64,000 nucleotides of DNA from Octopus sinensis (lineage: Eukaryota): the NCBI RefSeq assembly GCF_006345805.1, contig NC_042997.1, positions 202,864,001-202,928,000 of the forward strand. Reading direction: 5' to 3'. Position numbers and translations under genes: made by a program. Below, piece after piece: positions 51,786 through 64,000 of the stretch. Each line of letters starts with the position of its first letter. Position 1 is the stretch's first letter. The notes under the pieces were generated by a model, which was not told the origin of the DNA, did no database searches, and saw nothing but the letters and a program-made list of their open reading frames with translations.

Positions 51786-53042
51786 ACCACAGCTGGGAAA
51801 GATGCTGGCTTCACCCTTCATTGAAAACTTTTGTAATTGACTTACATATACATGCATGCTATTATATATAATTGTATCACATACAAAATATATCGCGTAC
51901 AAATATATATGTATATATATAATTTTTTATGTATCAGGAGGTGAGCCATTATTTATAATTCCATATGAGATAGTTTTGTTTGACAGAGACAGTAGGATCA
52001 AGCAGTGATTAATATGAAAATTAGGTAGTGTTTGGAATCCTATGAGAAAGAAATGAGTTCTCTTAGTGTGTCATTGCATCAGTCAACCAAATGAAGTCCA
52101 ACTAATGTTTGATCTCATGGAGCATAGTCCATGAGATATGAAGTGAACAAAGACTATAGCTTGGTAATGAACCAGGGTATGAGGATTTTCAGTGATAAAA
52201 AGTTTATTAATCAAGCAGTTGGTTATGTTAAATATGGGCTCAATAGGGAGTAGTGATTGATTTTAAGTGGTGTTAGTGCTGCTGTCATGCATCGATATCA
52301 TAATCCTTACAGTGGTGATCTTGTGGAACATACAGCAAAGTGAGCTAGACTGTTGAGAGACATCTGCAGACTCCTCATCTTGTTGATCAATACCCTATTG
52401 ACTCAGATATCTGAAGCTCTTTGATGTAAGGCATTAATGATCAATGTTATTACACATACCAGACGAGTATTGTAACATTGATGAATATCAGTTGCTGTTA
52501 GGTCTACGTTATTTGCTCTGAAGAAAAATAAACTTTGGATAATGTTAAAGGTATGAGGTTTTCAGGAGATTATTTCAGCCAGCTCTCATTCATAAATCCG
52601 AATTACACAGTGTTTTGGTATATATGGGTATTTGTGTCTGTGTGCAATTGAGAAAATATATTGCGTCAGGTGTTTATGCATAATCTCTTTGGCTGCTGCG
52701 TTCAGTCTACATTGTTTACATCGGATCTAATTATGTAGTGCTTTTGTAGTATTTTGTTCTGTTCTGTTCTGAGATACATGGCTTAATTTTAACAACTTCA
52801 AAAAAAGCAAAAAAAGCTGACGTCTTCAGCTGTTGATTGAAAGAGTTAGCTTTTTCAGTCAACAGATGATCAAGTATCATTGAACACCAAAATACTGAGT
52901 CAGTGATATGGTGAATCAGTAATAAGGTAGAGGTGGTTTTTATTGTGGTCATAGTGAATCAAATATTGTGGAATGATCCTACATATGTATATATGTGTGT
53001 ATATATATATATATATATGTGTGTATATATGTATGTGTATAT

Positions 53043-53985
53043 ATCATCATCATCATCGTCGTTTAACGTCCGTTCTCCATGCTAGCATGGGTTGGACGGT
53101 TCGACCGGGGTTCTGGGAAGCCAGAAGGCTGCACCAGGCTCCAGTCTAATCTGGCAATGTTTCTACAGCTGGATGCCCTTCCTAACGCCAACCACTCTGT
53201 GAGTGTAGTGGGTGCTTTTTATGTGCCACCTGCACAGGTGCCAGGCGGGGCTGGCAACGGCCACGGTCAGATTGGTGTATTTTATGTGCCACCGGCACGG
53301 AAGCCAGTCGAGGCGGTGCTGGCATCGGCCACGGGTTGGATAGTGCTTTTTACGTACCACCAGACCAGGGATCCTGGATGGTTCAATTCGATTTCGATTT
53401 CGCTTGCCCCAACATGTCTTCACAAGCAAAGGGGGTTGGCATGGGTGCCTGTCGTACGGTCGCATTGGAGTATTTTACGTGCCACGGCCACGAGTCGGAT
53501 AGTGCTTTTTACGTACCACCAGACCAGGGATCCTGGCTGGTTCAATTCGATTTCGATTTCGATTTCGCTTGCCCCAACATGTCTTCACAAGCAAAGGGGG
53601 TTGGCATGGGTGCCTGTCGTACGGTCGCATTGGAGTATTTTACGTGCCACGGCCACGAGTCGGATAGTGCTTTTTACGTACCACCAGGCCAGGGATCCTA
53701 GCTGGTTCAATTCGGTTTCAATTTCGATTTCGCTTGCCCCAACATGTCTTCGCAAGCATGGGGGGTTGGCATGGGTGTCTGTCGTCGGATGAGGTTCTAT
53801 ATCGACTTCGCTTGCCTCAACCGGTCTTTGTGTCCAAGGGAGGAAAGGCATTCATAAGTGGGCTGGGCTCACTTGTCCTGCCTGGTCTTCTCACGTACAG
53901 AATATTTCCAAAGGTCTCGGTCTCTGGTCATTTCCTCAGTGAGGCCTAAAGTTCGAAGGTCGTGCTTCACCACCTCGTCCCAGGT
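53043..53985 (-). mobile_element. Young 5'-truncated RTE LINE 3' end with an internal ~160-bp tandem array
   Basis: ORF end [38 protein letters not shown] at 53869-53985; CpG-rich 3'UTR; units start at 53338, 53497 and 53662; (CAT)n tail. Confidence 0.92.
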
Positions 53986-54213
53986 GTATATATATATATA
54001 TGTATGTGTATATATGTATGTGTATGTATATATGTGTGTATATATGTATGTGTATGTGTGTGTATATGTATGTGTGTATATATATGTATATGTGTATAGA
54101 TATGTATATGTGTGTGTATATATATATATATATATGTGTATATGTATGTGTATATATGAATGTATATATATGTATGTATATATATATGTGTATGTATATG
54201 TGTGTGTATATGC

Positions 54214-54248
<35 letters not shown>

Positions 54249-54270
54249 TCAGTGTGTGTGTGCATGGGTT
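53986..54270. repeat. Compound (TA)/(TG)/(TATG) microsatellite
   Basis: Directly visible low-complexity tract. Confidence 0.95.
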
Positions 54271-54984
54271 TGCCTCCATACATGTGTGTATGAGTAGGAG
54301 AGAGCAAGACCCTATATTGAGTTTTTGGATTACATTCTATACTATAACTGCAGGTCAGCCAATACCAAAATTGTTAAACAGAAACTGAAGCTGCCTGTAC
54401 ATAACTGTGTCAAGTTTGTATTTTCTCTCATCTTTACATGTGTTCGCTGACTGTAAGCAACAATACAGGCAGTGTCCTTTGCTTGTAGTCAAGTGTAAAA
54501 ACTAGCTCTAGGCCTCTAGATTTGTCTTCACATGTGTGATTTTTGCAGATAAACGGCTTATTCAAATGGGATTATAATTTTCCACTTCACCACATAGCCA
54601 TGTCTGCACTGTTTGCTGTCTGATGAACTAGGTGGTTATTATCTTTCTTGGAAACAGGAATGTGTTGGTAAGTGATTTTCTACACCTGGATGTAGGTGTA
54701 GAGAAAATTGATATTTTGTTTGTTTGACACATGCAAGCATAGAAATCATCCAGACTACAACTGTCTGTTGTGACATGGTTTCTACAGCTGGATGCCCTTC
54801 CTAATGCCAACCACTTTACAGAGTGTGTGGATGCTTTTTATGTGGCACTGGCACCTGCAAAGGACAACTTGTATGTATGGATGACAGTGATTTTACTTAG
54901 TTTGACATATCTTAAGTACAACAAATCACCACAAATAAGGGTGTTAAAACACACACATACAGGGATGTTAAAATACACACACAC

Positions 54985-57200
54985 ACATCATCATTTACAC
55001 CCTGTGTCACTTTTTGGCATGGGTTGGATGGTTTGACAGGATCTGATGTGTCCAAGGACTGTATGTACATCAACATTTTGGTATGGTTTCTATATTTGGA
55101 AGCCAACTATTTTACAGCATGAACTGAGTGCTTTTTTCATGTTACTTGCACTATTGAGGTCGCCATGCAGCTCCTAGAACTACAAACTCTGGAAGGTGGG
55201 GTCAGCTTCATGCTTGTGGATGATGGAATTGAACTGTGAGAAGTGGTGGGGTAGTGCAGGTTCTTGTAGAGGTTCTGCATGGTAACGCACATCTAGTAGA
55301 GGAGGTGGAGAGAAAGAGAAAGTAAACAGTAGGAGCTGCCAGAGATAGACGATGGTAATGAGATGCCCATGTGGCACCACAAGGCACAAAATGATTTGAA
55401 GATTGTATGGGCAGTAGAATGAGTGGATGGGCAGACAGATTGCCAGAATGGGTAGGGTTGAAGAGCTGACAAGTAAGGAGTTATGAGTTTGGAAAGTTAG
55501 AGGGATGCTGCAGAGAGTGGGGGTGGGGTGGCAAGCAGCAAGAGTAGTAAAGATGATTGATGGGGGAATAAGAGAGAAAGAGAGAGAGGAATGACATGGT
55601 TGGTCATCTGCAGAGAGAGAAGAGGCAGGCCTAATGCATGGAAAGTATGGTAAGTTACTGTAACATGGGTGAAGAGCATAATATAGAGCACTTCCCGAAC
55701 TGTTTTGCTGAGGATAGCAAGTCTTTATGAGAATCTCATATCATTAGAGATCCTAGTCCTTTGTCATCTCTGTCAGGCTTAGGGCCCTGAGGTCTTCCTT
55801 AACCACTTCATCCCATGGGTCTCCCTCTATCACAAGTTCTAGCTACTTTTAGCAATCAGTGCATCCTTATTCAGCTGTGCTTGTCCATATGCATCACATG
55901 CCCATACCAACACAGTCTTCTTTCTTGTACACAACATCTGATCTCTCTGATGTCCAGTTTTCACTCAGCATATTTGTATTTATTCTTTCTTGTACATTCA
56001 CTTTACACATCCATCAGAATGTGCTTGCCACATTTCTTTCCAGGTCCTCTGCATTCATTCAGTCTGTCCTTTCCTCTTAGGGAAAAAATCTTTGTTTGCA
56101 GAGGTAGTAGTTCTCTGAACTCTATCCAACCAGTCCTCACTCTAACTACTATACTTTCAGAGCAGTCACCTCCCTTGCTAATTACAGCTCTTATGTAACA
56201 AAAGCTATTAGCTACTTTTAGTGAGCCATCTGGACATTTAAGAGACTCAATTACTGGTGTGCTTGTACAAGCTACTCCTTGTGTCTACCTTATATGAAAT
56301 TTATATTTTTGGATAGTCTGCTTGAGATTCCATCACATCTCTTGTATGTCCATAGCTTACATCGAGTACAGTGTATGGAGTGTATATCTTCTCCTTTTCT
56401 GCATATCAAGAGAGACCATTTCTTTGAAGGTACCAGGGTCCTGTCTTCTTTTTCATTTACTAAAACCTACATCTTTACTAAGTTTACCGTAAGGCCTTTC
56501 AATTCCAGGTTTAGTTTCCATGCCTAGAATTTCTTTAATTCCCTTATGGATTCATCTTTGAGAGAACTAGATCATCAGCATATAGAAATAACCTCCACTG
56601 TGATGGCTTGTAGGACTATGACAAATAGAGGACTGAGGACTGAATCTTGAACTCCTACCTTCATGCTAAATCATCACTGATCTCATTGCTAACTCTTACT
56701 TTACTTGTTGCATACTTGTACATAGCTTGAACCACCTGCACAAGCCATTCATCTACTCTTTTTCCTCAGTGACTACTGGACTACTGAATATGGTACCCTG
56801 TGAATTGCCCCCTCCAAATCAATGAAAGCCAGGTATAGTGCTTTATTCATAGTCAGGTATTTCTAGTTGCACTAGGAAGATTTCATCTATGGTGCCTCTT
56901 CCAGGGACAAAGCCAAACTGCATCTCATCCATGTCTACTCTACCAAGGATCAATTGGGCTATGACTTTCTCCATGACTTTCATAACTTGATTTAGAAGTT
57001 TGATTCCCCTGTAGTTGCTTCTCTCTATGGCATTATCTTTACTCTTATCGCAATTTTTTATGATATTACTATGTCAGTCATTGAGTACGACACTCTACTG
57101 AATGACTTGATCAATTATCCAGGTGGTAATCTTAAATCTCATTTTCCAGTTATTTTAAGCATCTTCATAACTATCACTAGTGGACCCTCAGCTTTCCCTC
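54985..57200 (-). mobile_element. 5'-truncated RTE LINE (RT domain to 3' end), interrupted by a purine-rich insert at ~55160-55690
   Basis: GKAEGP...MLKITG (~57195), LYLAFID (~56830), YADD at 56571-56582, TWDEVVKEDL (~55810); 3' tail at 54985-55130. Confidence 0.85.
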
Positions 57201-57207
57201 TCTTCAT

Positions 57208-57395
57208 AGATCGTTAGCCACTACATATGTTTTTTTCTCTCCTTGTTTTTTCTGTGTTTCTTTCTGTAGAAGAGCGTAGGCTCGAAACATAAAAGACTTT
57301 TTCTATTCCTGAGTGTTATACTAATACATCTGTTTGTTTTGTACACCACCTGTCTTCGTCTTTTGTTTTTTTCGTAAACTTTCCCTATATATATA
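57208..57395 (+). mobile_element. Short retroelement terminal repeat, possibly Penelope-like
   Basis: gaagagcgtaggctcgaaac motif followed by a pyrimidine-rich tail ending in (TA)n; the family call is from recall only. Confidence 0.4.
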
Positions 57396-59204
57396 AAGAA
57401 AAAAATTACCTATAATAACCAAGCAATAATGAATTTATATCTAATGGAACAGAGTATTAGGGAACATAAATATGAAAAAGAAAAAACATAATTTTAATTA
57501 ACTGTTTAGAAGAAATGAAGTAAAGAATATGATAATGCTTCTGTTTTAAATGGTTGAACCAACTTTAAAATGCATTAATGCTTAGCAACATGAATCTTCT
57601 ATTCAGATACTAGACCTTTTAGTGACTATTGTTCATATACCACTCCAGCATGCTAGATTATTGGCACAAAATAGATGTAAGCCTATTTTCTTGTTGCAAT
57701 CTCTAACTTAATTTATGTAATTATAATTCTGTGTGTACCATTGTGCTTTATATCCATTCTTAGTTCTATTATGATTTCTTCTGTTGTGACCGTTACATGT
57801 CTAATCAAGACATAGCTTTCATCCTATACACAGCTTTCTTGAAAACAAAAGAGAACTCTCTTTGTATATCATACTATAATAATGACCAATGTTGGTTGCA
57901 ATTAATTCTAGTGTTGTGTTCTAGATACAGTCTAGACCCCATTCATATAGGAACATAGATCAAAGTAGATCTTATGAAGTATGCCACTGCCACCACTATT
58001 ATGACAGTCATCATCCTTATCGTCATTGTCATCATGCTGTTATTGCTGTCCTCATTCTATGTTGGCCTCATCATTGTCAGCAGGTGGACATATTAAAAAG
58101 TATCTCTGTACATAAAGTTCAAGGAAAAATAAAAAAAGTACACTAGTGAGTCACAGACTGTCTGCTGACATCAGGTGTCATATACCATACTCTTAACCAC
58201 TGTCAGTACTACCTCCTCCACTTCTGCCTGTCCATGAGAATTGCAGATCTCTATTCAGATAGCTATATAAAACACATCATGAATTTAATAATGGTCTAGT
58301 TAGGTGTGTGTATGTGTGTCTTACACTTCACACACACTATGTGGAAAATAAAATGTTATATTTTAGAACTGATTATATTTGAAAGAAATTTGTGGCCTGT
58401 ATATTGCTTTTATTTTTATCATAAAGATAAAATATTTTTGTCAAGCATGTAATATCAGGTTTTTCAAAAGAAGAAAATGATGGAAAGTATATATTTGTCC
58501 ATAAGTTATTTTAGAATTATTGCTCATGCCCCTGTGTTGAATATATGTCTAGCTATGTAGTTAAGTTCACTTTGCAACCTCTTAGTTCCAGGCTCAACAT
58601 CAAGAAGTGCATTGCGCTGGAGAGAATGCCCCCAGCGCACTCTTTGGTAATAGGGAGAGTGCAGGCGTCAGTCTTAGAACTGAAGCCCAAAATGACATTG
58701 TACAAGCACCAGTTCTGGAGATCTGTAGCTTTCAATACAAAATGACATAGATCATGATGATTTGTCTAACCTATACCAGCATGGAAAGCAGATATAAAAT
58801 GATGATACATGTTTGGAAATAATTGTAAATACATTATTTTTAAAAATAATTACTTGTTTCTAGAAATATACAACATTAGTTACTAAGAGTTACTTTAAAT
58901 ATAGAGTAGTGAGACCTGTTGTTTAACTCCAGGTCAGTTCTCAACAGTAGACTTATGATGAAAGGTGTTCTAGCATTGACCATCCTAACTCTTAGTATGT
59001 ATATCTGGGACTACACTGTTCTGTGTAATCTTCATTTAAAATGGTGTTGGAGAGTGCTCTGAGGAAAATTTGGCTACTATGCTTAGTGATTACACAAGAA
59101 CACCTTTATTATTTGATATGGTTGGTCATCAGATTTGAATTTAATGTTATTTCTATTGCATATGAAATAAAATCAAATCTCTACAAGAATATATAATTAT
59201 TGAT

Positions 59205-59405
59205 TTCAAATTTTGGCACAAGGCCAGCAAGTTTTGAGAAGAGGTTAAGTCAATTACATTGACTGCAGTTCTCAACTGGTACTTATTTTATTGACCCTGA
59301 AAAGATGAAAAGCAAAGTCAAGCTCAGCAGAATTTGAACTCAGAACGTTAAGATAGGCGAAATGCCACTAAGTATTTTGACCACCATGCTAATGACTCTG
59401 CCAGG
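59205..59405 (-). mobile_element. Family C SINE
   Basis: Reverse complement of the 25165-25375 element. Confidence 0.75.
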
Positions 59406-59752
59406 TCACAGGAATACATAATTATTGATTAGTTATAACCAGTTAGAAATTTCCTAAACCAAAGAAAATTATTTCTTTTTGTATTTTGATACAGTACCTA
59501 AAAGTCTCAAAATTGAAGGACTATCTATCAATGATGATGTTGGTTATTTATATATGTGTGTATGTATGTATGATGTTGGAAATTTAAGGACTGAATTTTG
59601 AAAAAATTCATAAACCTATGAATTGTGATGCTGCAGTGTGAAAAATTCAACTGTTGTGTCTTGTAGCTTCTGTTTAGAGGCTGAGTCTGTTGCTATGTGA
59701 ACTAAAATGTCACTTGATTGTAGTCCAAATGTGTCAACTGTAATTTATATAG

Positions 59753-59785
59753 TCATAACCATCGATGCGCTGTTGCTCAGCTGAG
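59753..59785 (+). CDS. Candidate 33-nt exon
   Basis: Consensus donor GAG|gtaagt, acceptor gtaatttatatag; only phase 2 is open (HNHRCAVAQL); contains CpGs. Confidence 0.22.
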
Positions 59786-60223
59786 GTAAGTGGAGTTAGT
59801 TAATAGTATTTTATTGACTGTGCTGCAGTTTGAATGATTAAATTACTGGAGTAAGTTTCATTGCATTTACTGTACCACTTTATTACCACAACATTCATTA
59901 CTGATTAATGAATTTGAGCTCAGAGGAATTATCTCTAGAGCTTACAGCTTCACATTTCTAATTAATATATAGGTATGTATGTACATATATATTAAAGAGA
60001 GAGCTGTTTGACATTTTAATCGTTTTGATACCATGAAATAGTATAGTTTGATCAGTTACACATTTTTATAGTTGTTAACTAATATTTATTTTAGTAGATT
60101 CAATAAACCTTTATCCTTATTAAATTCTCTGTAACGATAGTCTATGCTAATTATCACAGTTCTTCTCAAGTAATAACTCTGTCTTTGGATTTAGCAGTGT
60201 GTTAGGGATCTGGAACTTCATAC

Positions 60224-60291
60224 CATGATCAAATCAGAAAGGAGTTCTCCAATAAAATTTGCAATCATTCCAAGGCCAAAGTACAGATGAA
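60224..60291 (-). CDS. Candidate 68-nt exon
   Basis: Donor ATG|gtatga, weak acceptor atgtcttaaatag; phase 1 to 0, HLYFGLGMIANFIGELLSDLIM. Confidence 0.22.
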
Positions 60292-60959
60292 CTATTTAAG
60301 ACATGCCACATTTTGTTTTAATATAATGGAGATGTTTCAGTGAAGATTTTTTATATATCTCATGGTGTAGTAAGAGGATGACAGCCACAAGTTTGACCTT
60401 TTCCAGCTCCGTTGAGACTGGTGGAGGAAAGTGAGGAAAAAACATGACTCAGATGCTTGCATCTAAAGGCCAAGTGTTAGTATTACACTGAAGGATAGAA
60501 AAAAGTCTATTACCAAAGTCCATCTGGTAGTTCCCAGTAGAGTTTCTACCTTCTCAATTCCACTTACAAGGCTTGCATCAACCCAAGGCTACAAAAGAAG
60601 GTACATGGTCAAGGTACCATACAGTGGTGTTGAACTCAGAATCACATGAGGGCAAAACTTCTTAACTGCATAGTCATGTCTTAAATGATTGAAAAAGAAT
60701 AACCATAATAATTTTTCAAACCTCTTTCCTGCCTCCTTATGCTCTTTCATTTTAGCATGAGTTACATGAATATATTATTGAGGCATTGTTTTGCTTTTCA
60801 AGTAATGGAGATACCTTATTCCACACATCGACAAAGGGGCAAAGCCAGTGGATGAGCCACTAGCGCTAGAAATGACAGCAATGTAATTGGCATTTAAGAG
60901 AAATGCAAAGGCGCGCGCACACACACACACATGCATGTACGCATGCACACACACGTGTT

Positions 60960-60962
<3 letters not shown>

Positions 60963-61023
<61 letters not shown>
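60963..61023. repeat. (GT)n(GA)n compound microsatellite
   Basis: Directly visible. Confidence 0.95.
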
Positions 61024-61030
<7 letters not shown>

Positions 61031-62178
61031 TCTTTATGTGTTTCTCTACCTAATCCACTTACAATGCTTTGTAGTCATGAACAGATATAGCTACCTTGGT
61101 CTTCCCACCTTTGACAAAGTGGAACATCTAGGATTGTGACAGCTGGAGGGAGATAGAGCTACACCAGCACTCTACTGAGTAGACAGGAGCAGCATGAAAT
61201 GGAGTGAGTGCCTTGCTCAAGGACACACTGTGTTGCCTGGCTCAGGAATTGAACTCTTGACCTTATGATTGAGTCCAACACCCTGACTCCTATCTACCAT
61301 CTTTTTTTTTTATTAAGATTAATTGCACTTAATCCAACTTGTATTGTTAATGTCCAGTGGATCAATATTTACTTCAATGGTGAACATCTGAGATGTATAA
61401 TGACTGAACTGCTTTCGAATTGTTATTTACATAACTTACCTTTAAATCATATTAGGCAGATACAATTCTTATTCCCAGAACATGAATATAAAACAATAAC
61501 TGAACATTCTTTACTCTTCCACTAGTGTCGTTACTGATATGTACACCACTATTGACATTTGCATAGGTGCACTTGTTGTAATTGGCTCATTATATCAAAT
61601 ATATTAATTTTCTTAATGAAAAAATGTTTTAATTTAAAATAAATTTATATTAAATTTATTTGGCAATTAAGAAAAGCTCAGTCACTAAATAATGATTAGC
61701 ATCTAAATGCTACTCAACAATCATTAATAAATTCCTGGGTAAAAAAAAATAATAAAAAAGAATGAAAATTAAATAATATAGTTGCAGTTGATGAATTTGT
61801 TGTAAAATAACTGATTCAGTTGGAAAGAATTCAATGTTTAAAAGTTCATTGATGACAAACCCACTGGTTGAAAGATAACTAAAAAGGCAAAGATATTGTA
61901 GCAATGGGGGTATGTGACACATTGTCTCAGCTGACTATGCATACCAGCTCCTTATAACATTGAAGGGAGAGGATACTCATAGTTCTTCCAGGGCTCCTCA
62001 CAACTGAATAGTATGACACATTTTCAAATGAATGAATGTTACCCCCCCTCTCCCCCACTTCTATTGTTTACCACATTTCTGTCACTAACACTTTTGATAT
62101 TTGTGACTGCTTCTCCACTGCAGTTACTGCTAAATTATTTTCTCTTATTTTGAACTATAAATTATTTTTCTCACTTAG

Positions 62179-62194
62179 GAGATACAGATAAAAG
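62179..62194 (+). CDS. Candidate 16-nt microexon
   Basis: Acceptor ttatttttctcacttag, donor AAG|gtaaat. Confidence 0.3.
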
Positions 62195-62332
62195 GTAAAT
62201 GTTGAAAAGTTGTATTCTATTTTGATTGCAAATATTATTGTATCTCACCTTTTGAAACCATTGGCTCACAGCTGATAATAAGGTTTATAAGTTTGTAATT
62301 ATGCAATCTGGAAAGTTTGATATCAATACCAG

Positions 62333-62355
62333 GATGTACACAACATTTCTTCGAG
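62333..62355 (+). CDS. Candidate 23-nt microexon
   Basis: Acceptor gtttgatatcaataccag, donor GAG|gtaggt; joins 62179-62194 in two open frames. Confidence 0.25.
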
Positions 62356-64000
62356 GTAGGTTTTCAAATCCGTAGTCCAAATAGCTATACAAATTTGTTT
62401 CATTATATCCCAGTTTTCATATTCTTTCTATTTCATGTATTTTGTAATATTAGTTTCTTTTTATTCAGAGAATTTTTTGGTTACTTTCAGTCTAAAAGGA
62501 ATTATTTTTAATGAATTAAAAAAAAAACCAGTAATGAAAACAAAATTTTTAATGTGGTTGTTATGTATAAATAATTTTTTCTTTTACTGCATTAAGAAAG
62601 AATATTAATTGTACATAGAAGTAATTTGATATTAAATAGCTATTTAGTGCTTTTCATTATTCACTTAATTGTTAATGTGATCATTTTGGATCTGGGTATC
62701 ATAATTATTTTGGGTCTATATTTTATGAACCCATTTAAAGAGTACATTTTATTTAGAACCCAAATTTTTTTTTTTTAGATATTCAAAAACAAAAACTTTG
62801 CCATTATATATTTCCTCCTTACATTTTACCTGTAAGTTTATTTTGAGAAAAACAAAGGTGGAAAAAAACGCTTTATGTGATATGAAAATACAGATTTCTC
62901 TTGCAATTCATTTGTTTCTATATATGAGTTAACAATCTGATAACAAAAACTAACGATGATTTTGAGTTATTTAAAGCATATGTAATGAAATTCTAAGTTA
63001 GTCATGTTTAGTATATAAGAAATTACCTGAGCCACAAAAAAAAAAAAAAAAATTGGCCCAGTACTTCCTATAAAAGTGGTTCATGTTAGGAAGAGTTTGA
63101 CATAGTTGTCTGGTTTTGGGATTCTGTCAACCCATCTAACCCATGCCAGCTTAGTGTATAGTTGTTAAATGAGGACAATGCTAATGTTAGATGATCCTGG
63201 GTTTGATCCTACTGTGCAGGAGCTGTGTGTGTGTGTGTGTGTGTGTGCATGCATGTGCCCATGTTCTCTCACTAAGCAGTTTACGATAAAATAAGTACCA
63301 AACTGAAATAAGCTGTAGGATTGTCATGATTGGCTAAAACCTTGTACCCCAATATAGCAAAAGAAAATATAATGATATGATTGTTTTAAAAATAATTACT
63401 GCTTTGTTAGTTTCTGAAAAAAAGAGAAAAGAAAAAAAAAAAGGAAAATTAAATTTGGAAGATTTATTTGAATGATCTCTGTTAGTCTGAATAGTGGGCC
63501 ACCCATTATGTGGTGGTAAGTTCTTGTTGGATTAACTAGAATATTTTTGTCTAGTCTTGATATTTCAAAGAAAAGCATTAATATCAGAATTAACAATGCT
63601 CTTTTTTTTTCTCTCACAACTCACAGGCTCACTGACTAATTTAGAAATCAATAATCATTTATCTTGATTAATAAAATATAAAAAGGCAACTTTTAAAATG
63701 AAAATAATGTGATGTTAATTTTGAAAAATAATCCAATGTTAATTTTTAAGATGTTCTAAAGGAGTTATTCACCACAAGTGCAACTTTTCCTATGATAATA
63801 TGAGAAATGGATGTAATAAGATATAATTCCCTTGTAAGTCATGATGGCTCACTTGGAGCAGAAGGGAGGGTTGGGATAGAGTGAATGAAATTGGTGTCAT
63901 TTTATGTGGAGCTTGAAAATGGGAAAGTTACTGTTAGGTGGTGAAACTATATGACAAGAGGGAGGTTGTATTAAACTGGGGCAGTTCTCTGAATGTAGAG

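Noticed and set aside
51450-51902. Poly-L/S/F and poly-E/R/K ORFs
   Set aside because: Translations of the (TTC)n microsatellite
52805-52865. Two mutually exclusive 11-13 bp hairpins resembling an attenuator
   Set aside because: AU-rich with wobbles, no associated gene, and no such mechanism expected in this context
53079-53792. 237-aa ORF, the longest in the track, with internal repeats
   Set aside because: Antisense to an RTE 3'UTR; its length comes from the tandem triplication in GC-rich sequence
53858-54388. Y/I/H/T- and V/Y/M/C-rich ORFs (also at 29485-29781)
   Set aside because: Translations of (TA)/(TG) microsatellites
60398-60417. Minus-strand LNGAGK resembling a Walker A fragment after a strong acceptor
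   Set aside because: Lacks the following T/S, has a weak donor (gtcaaa) and no other NTPase motifs nearby
61440-61500. Minus-strand consensus donor AAG|gtaagt
   Set aside because: All three frames have a stop within 15 nt of the donor and there is no nearer acceptor

Overview
AT-rich, repeat-dense eukaryotic DNA. The SINE families, RTE tails ending in (CAT)n/(GAT)n and the many (TA)n tracts resemble an Octopus (coleoid cephalopod) genome; this is inferred from recalled repeat families, not from a search. No long intact host ORF is present, and almost every ORF in the supplied track comes from a transposon remnant, its antisense strand or a microsatellite. Well-supported elements: a decayed near-full-length Ty3/Gypsy (Mag-like) LTR retrotransposon (4677-8664), a deleted mariner (19470-20450), a deleted DD37D/maT element (39257-40095), a non-autonomous Helitron (31413-31767), many RTE LINE fragments, three tRNA-headed SINE families, several MITE/foldback elements and a ~75-unit (TTC)n tract. 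The window is probably intronic or intergenic. Several 14-68 nt segments with good splice signals can be chained in frame, but I recognise no protein and chance matches are expected, so these are low confidence. I found no convincing new biological system. The best leads are the candidate microexon chain, long foldback hairpins (possible dsRNA/miRNA/ADAR substrates), a hairpin-dense segment at 40403-40632, and an RTE 3'UTR site carrying tandem repeats of different unit length in different copies.
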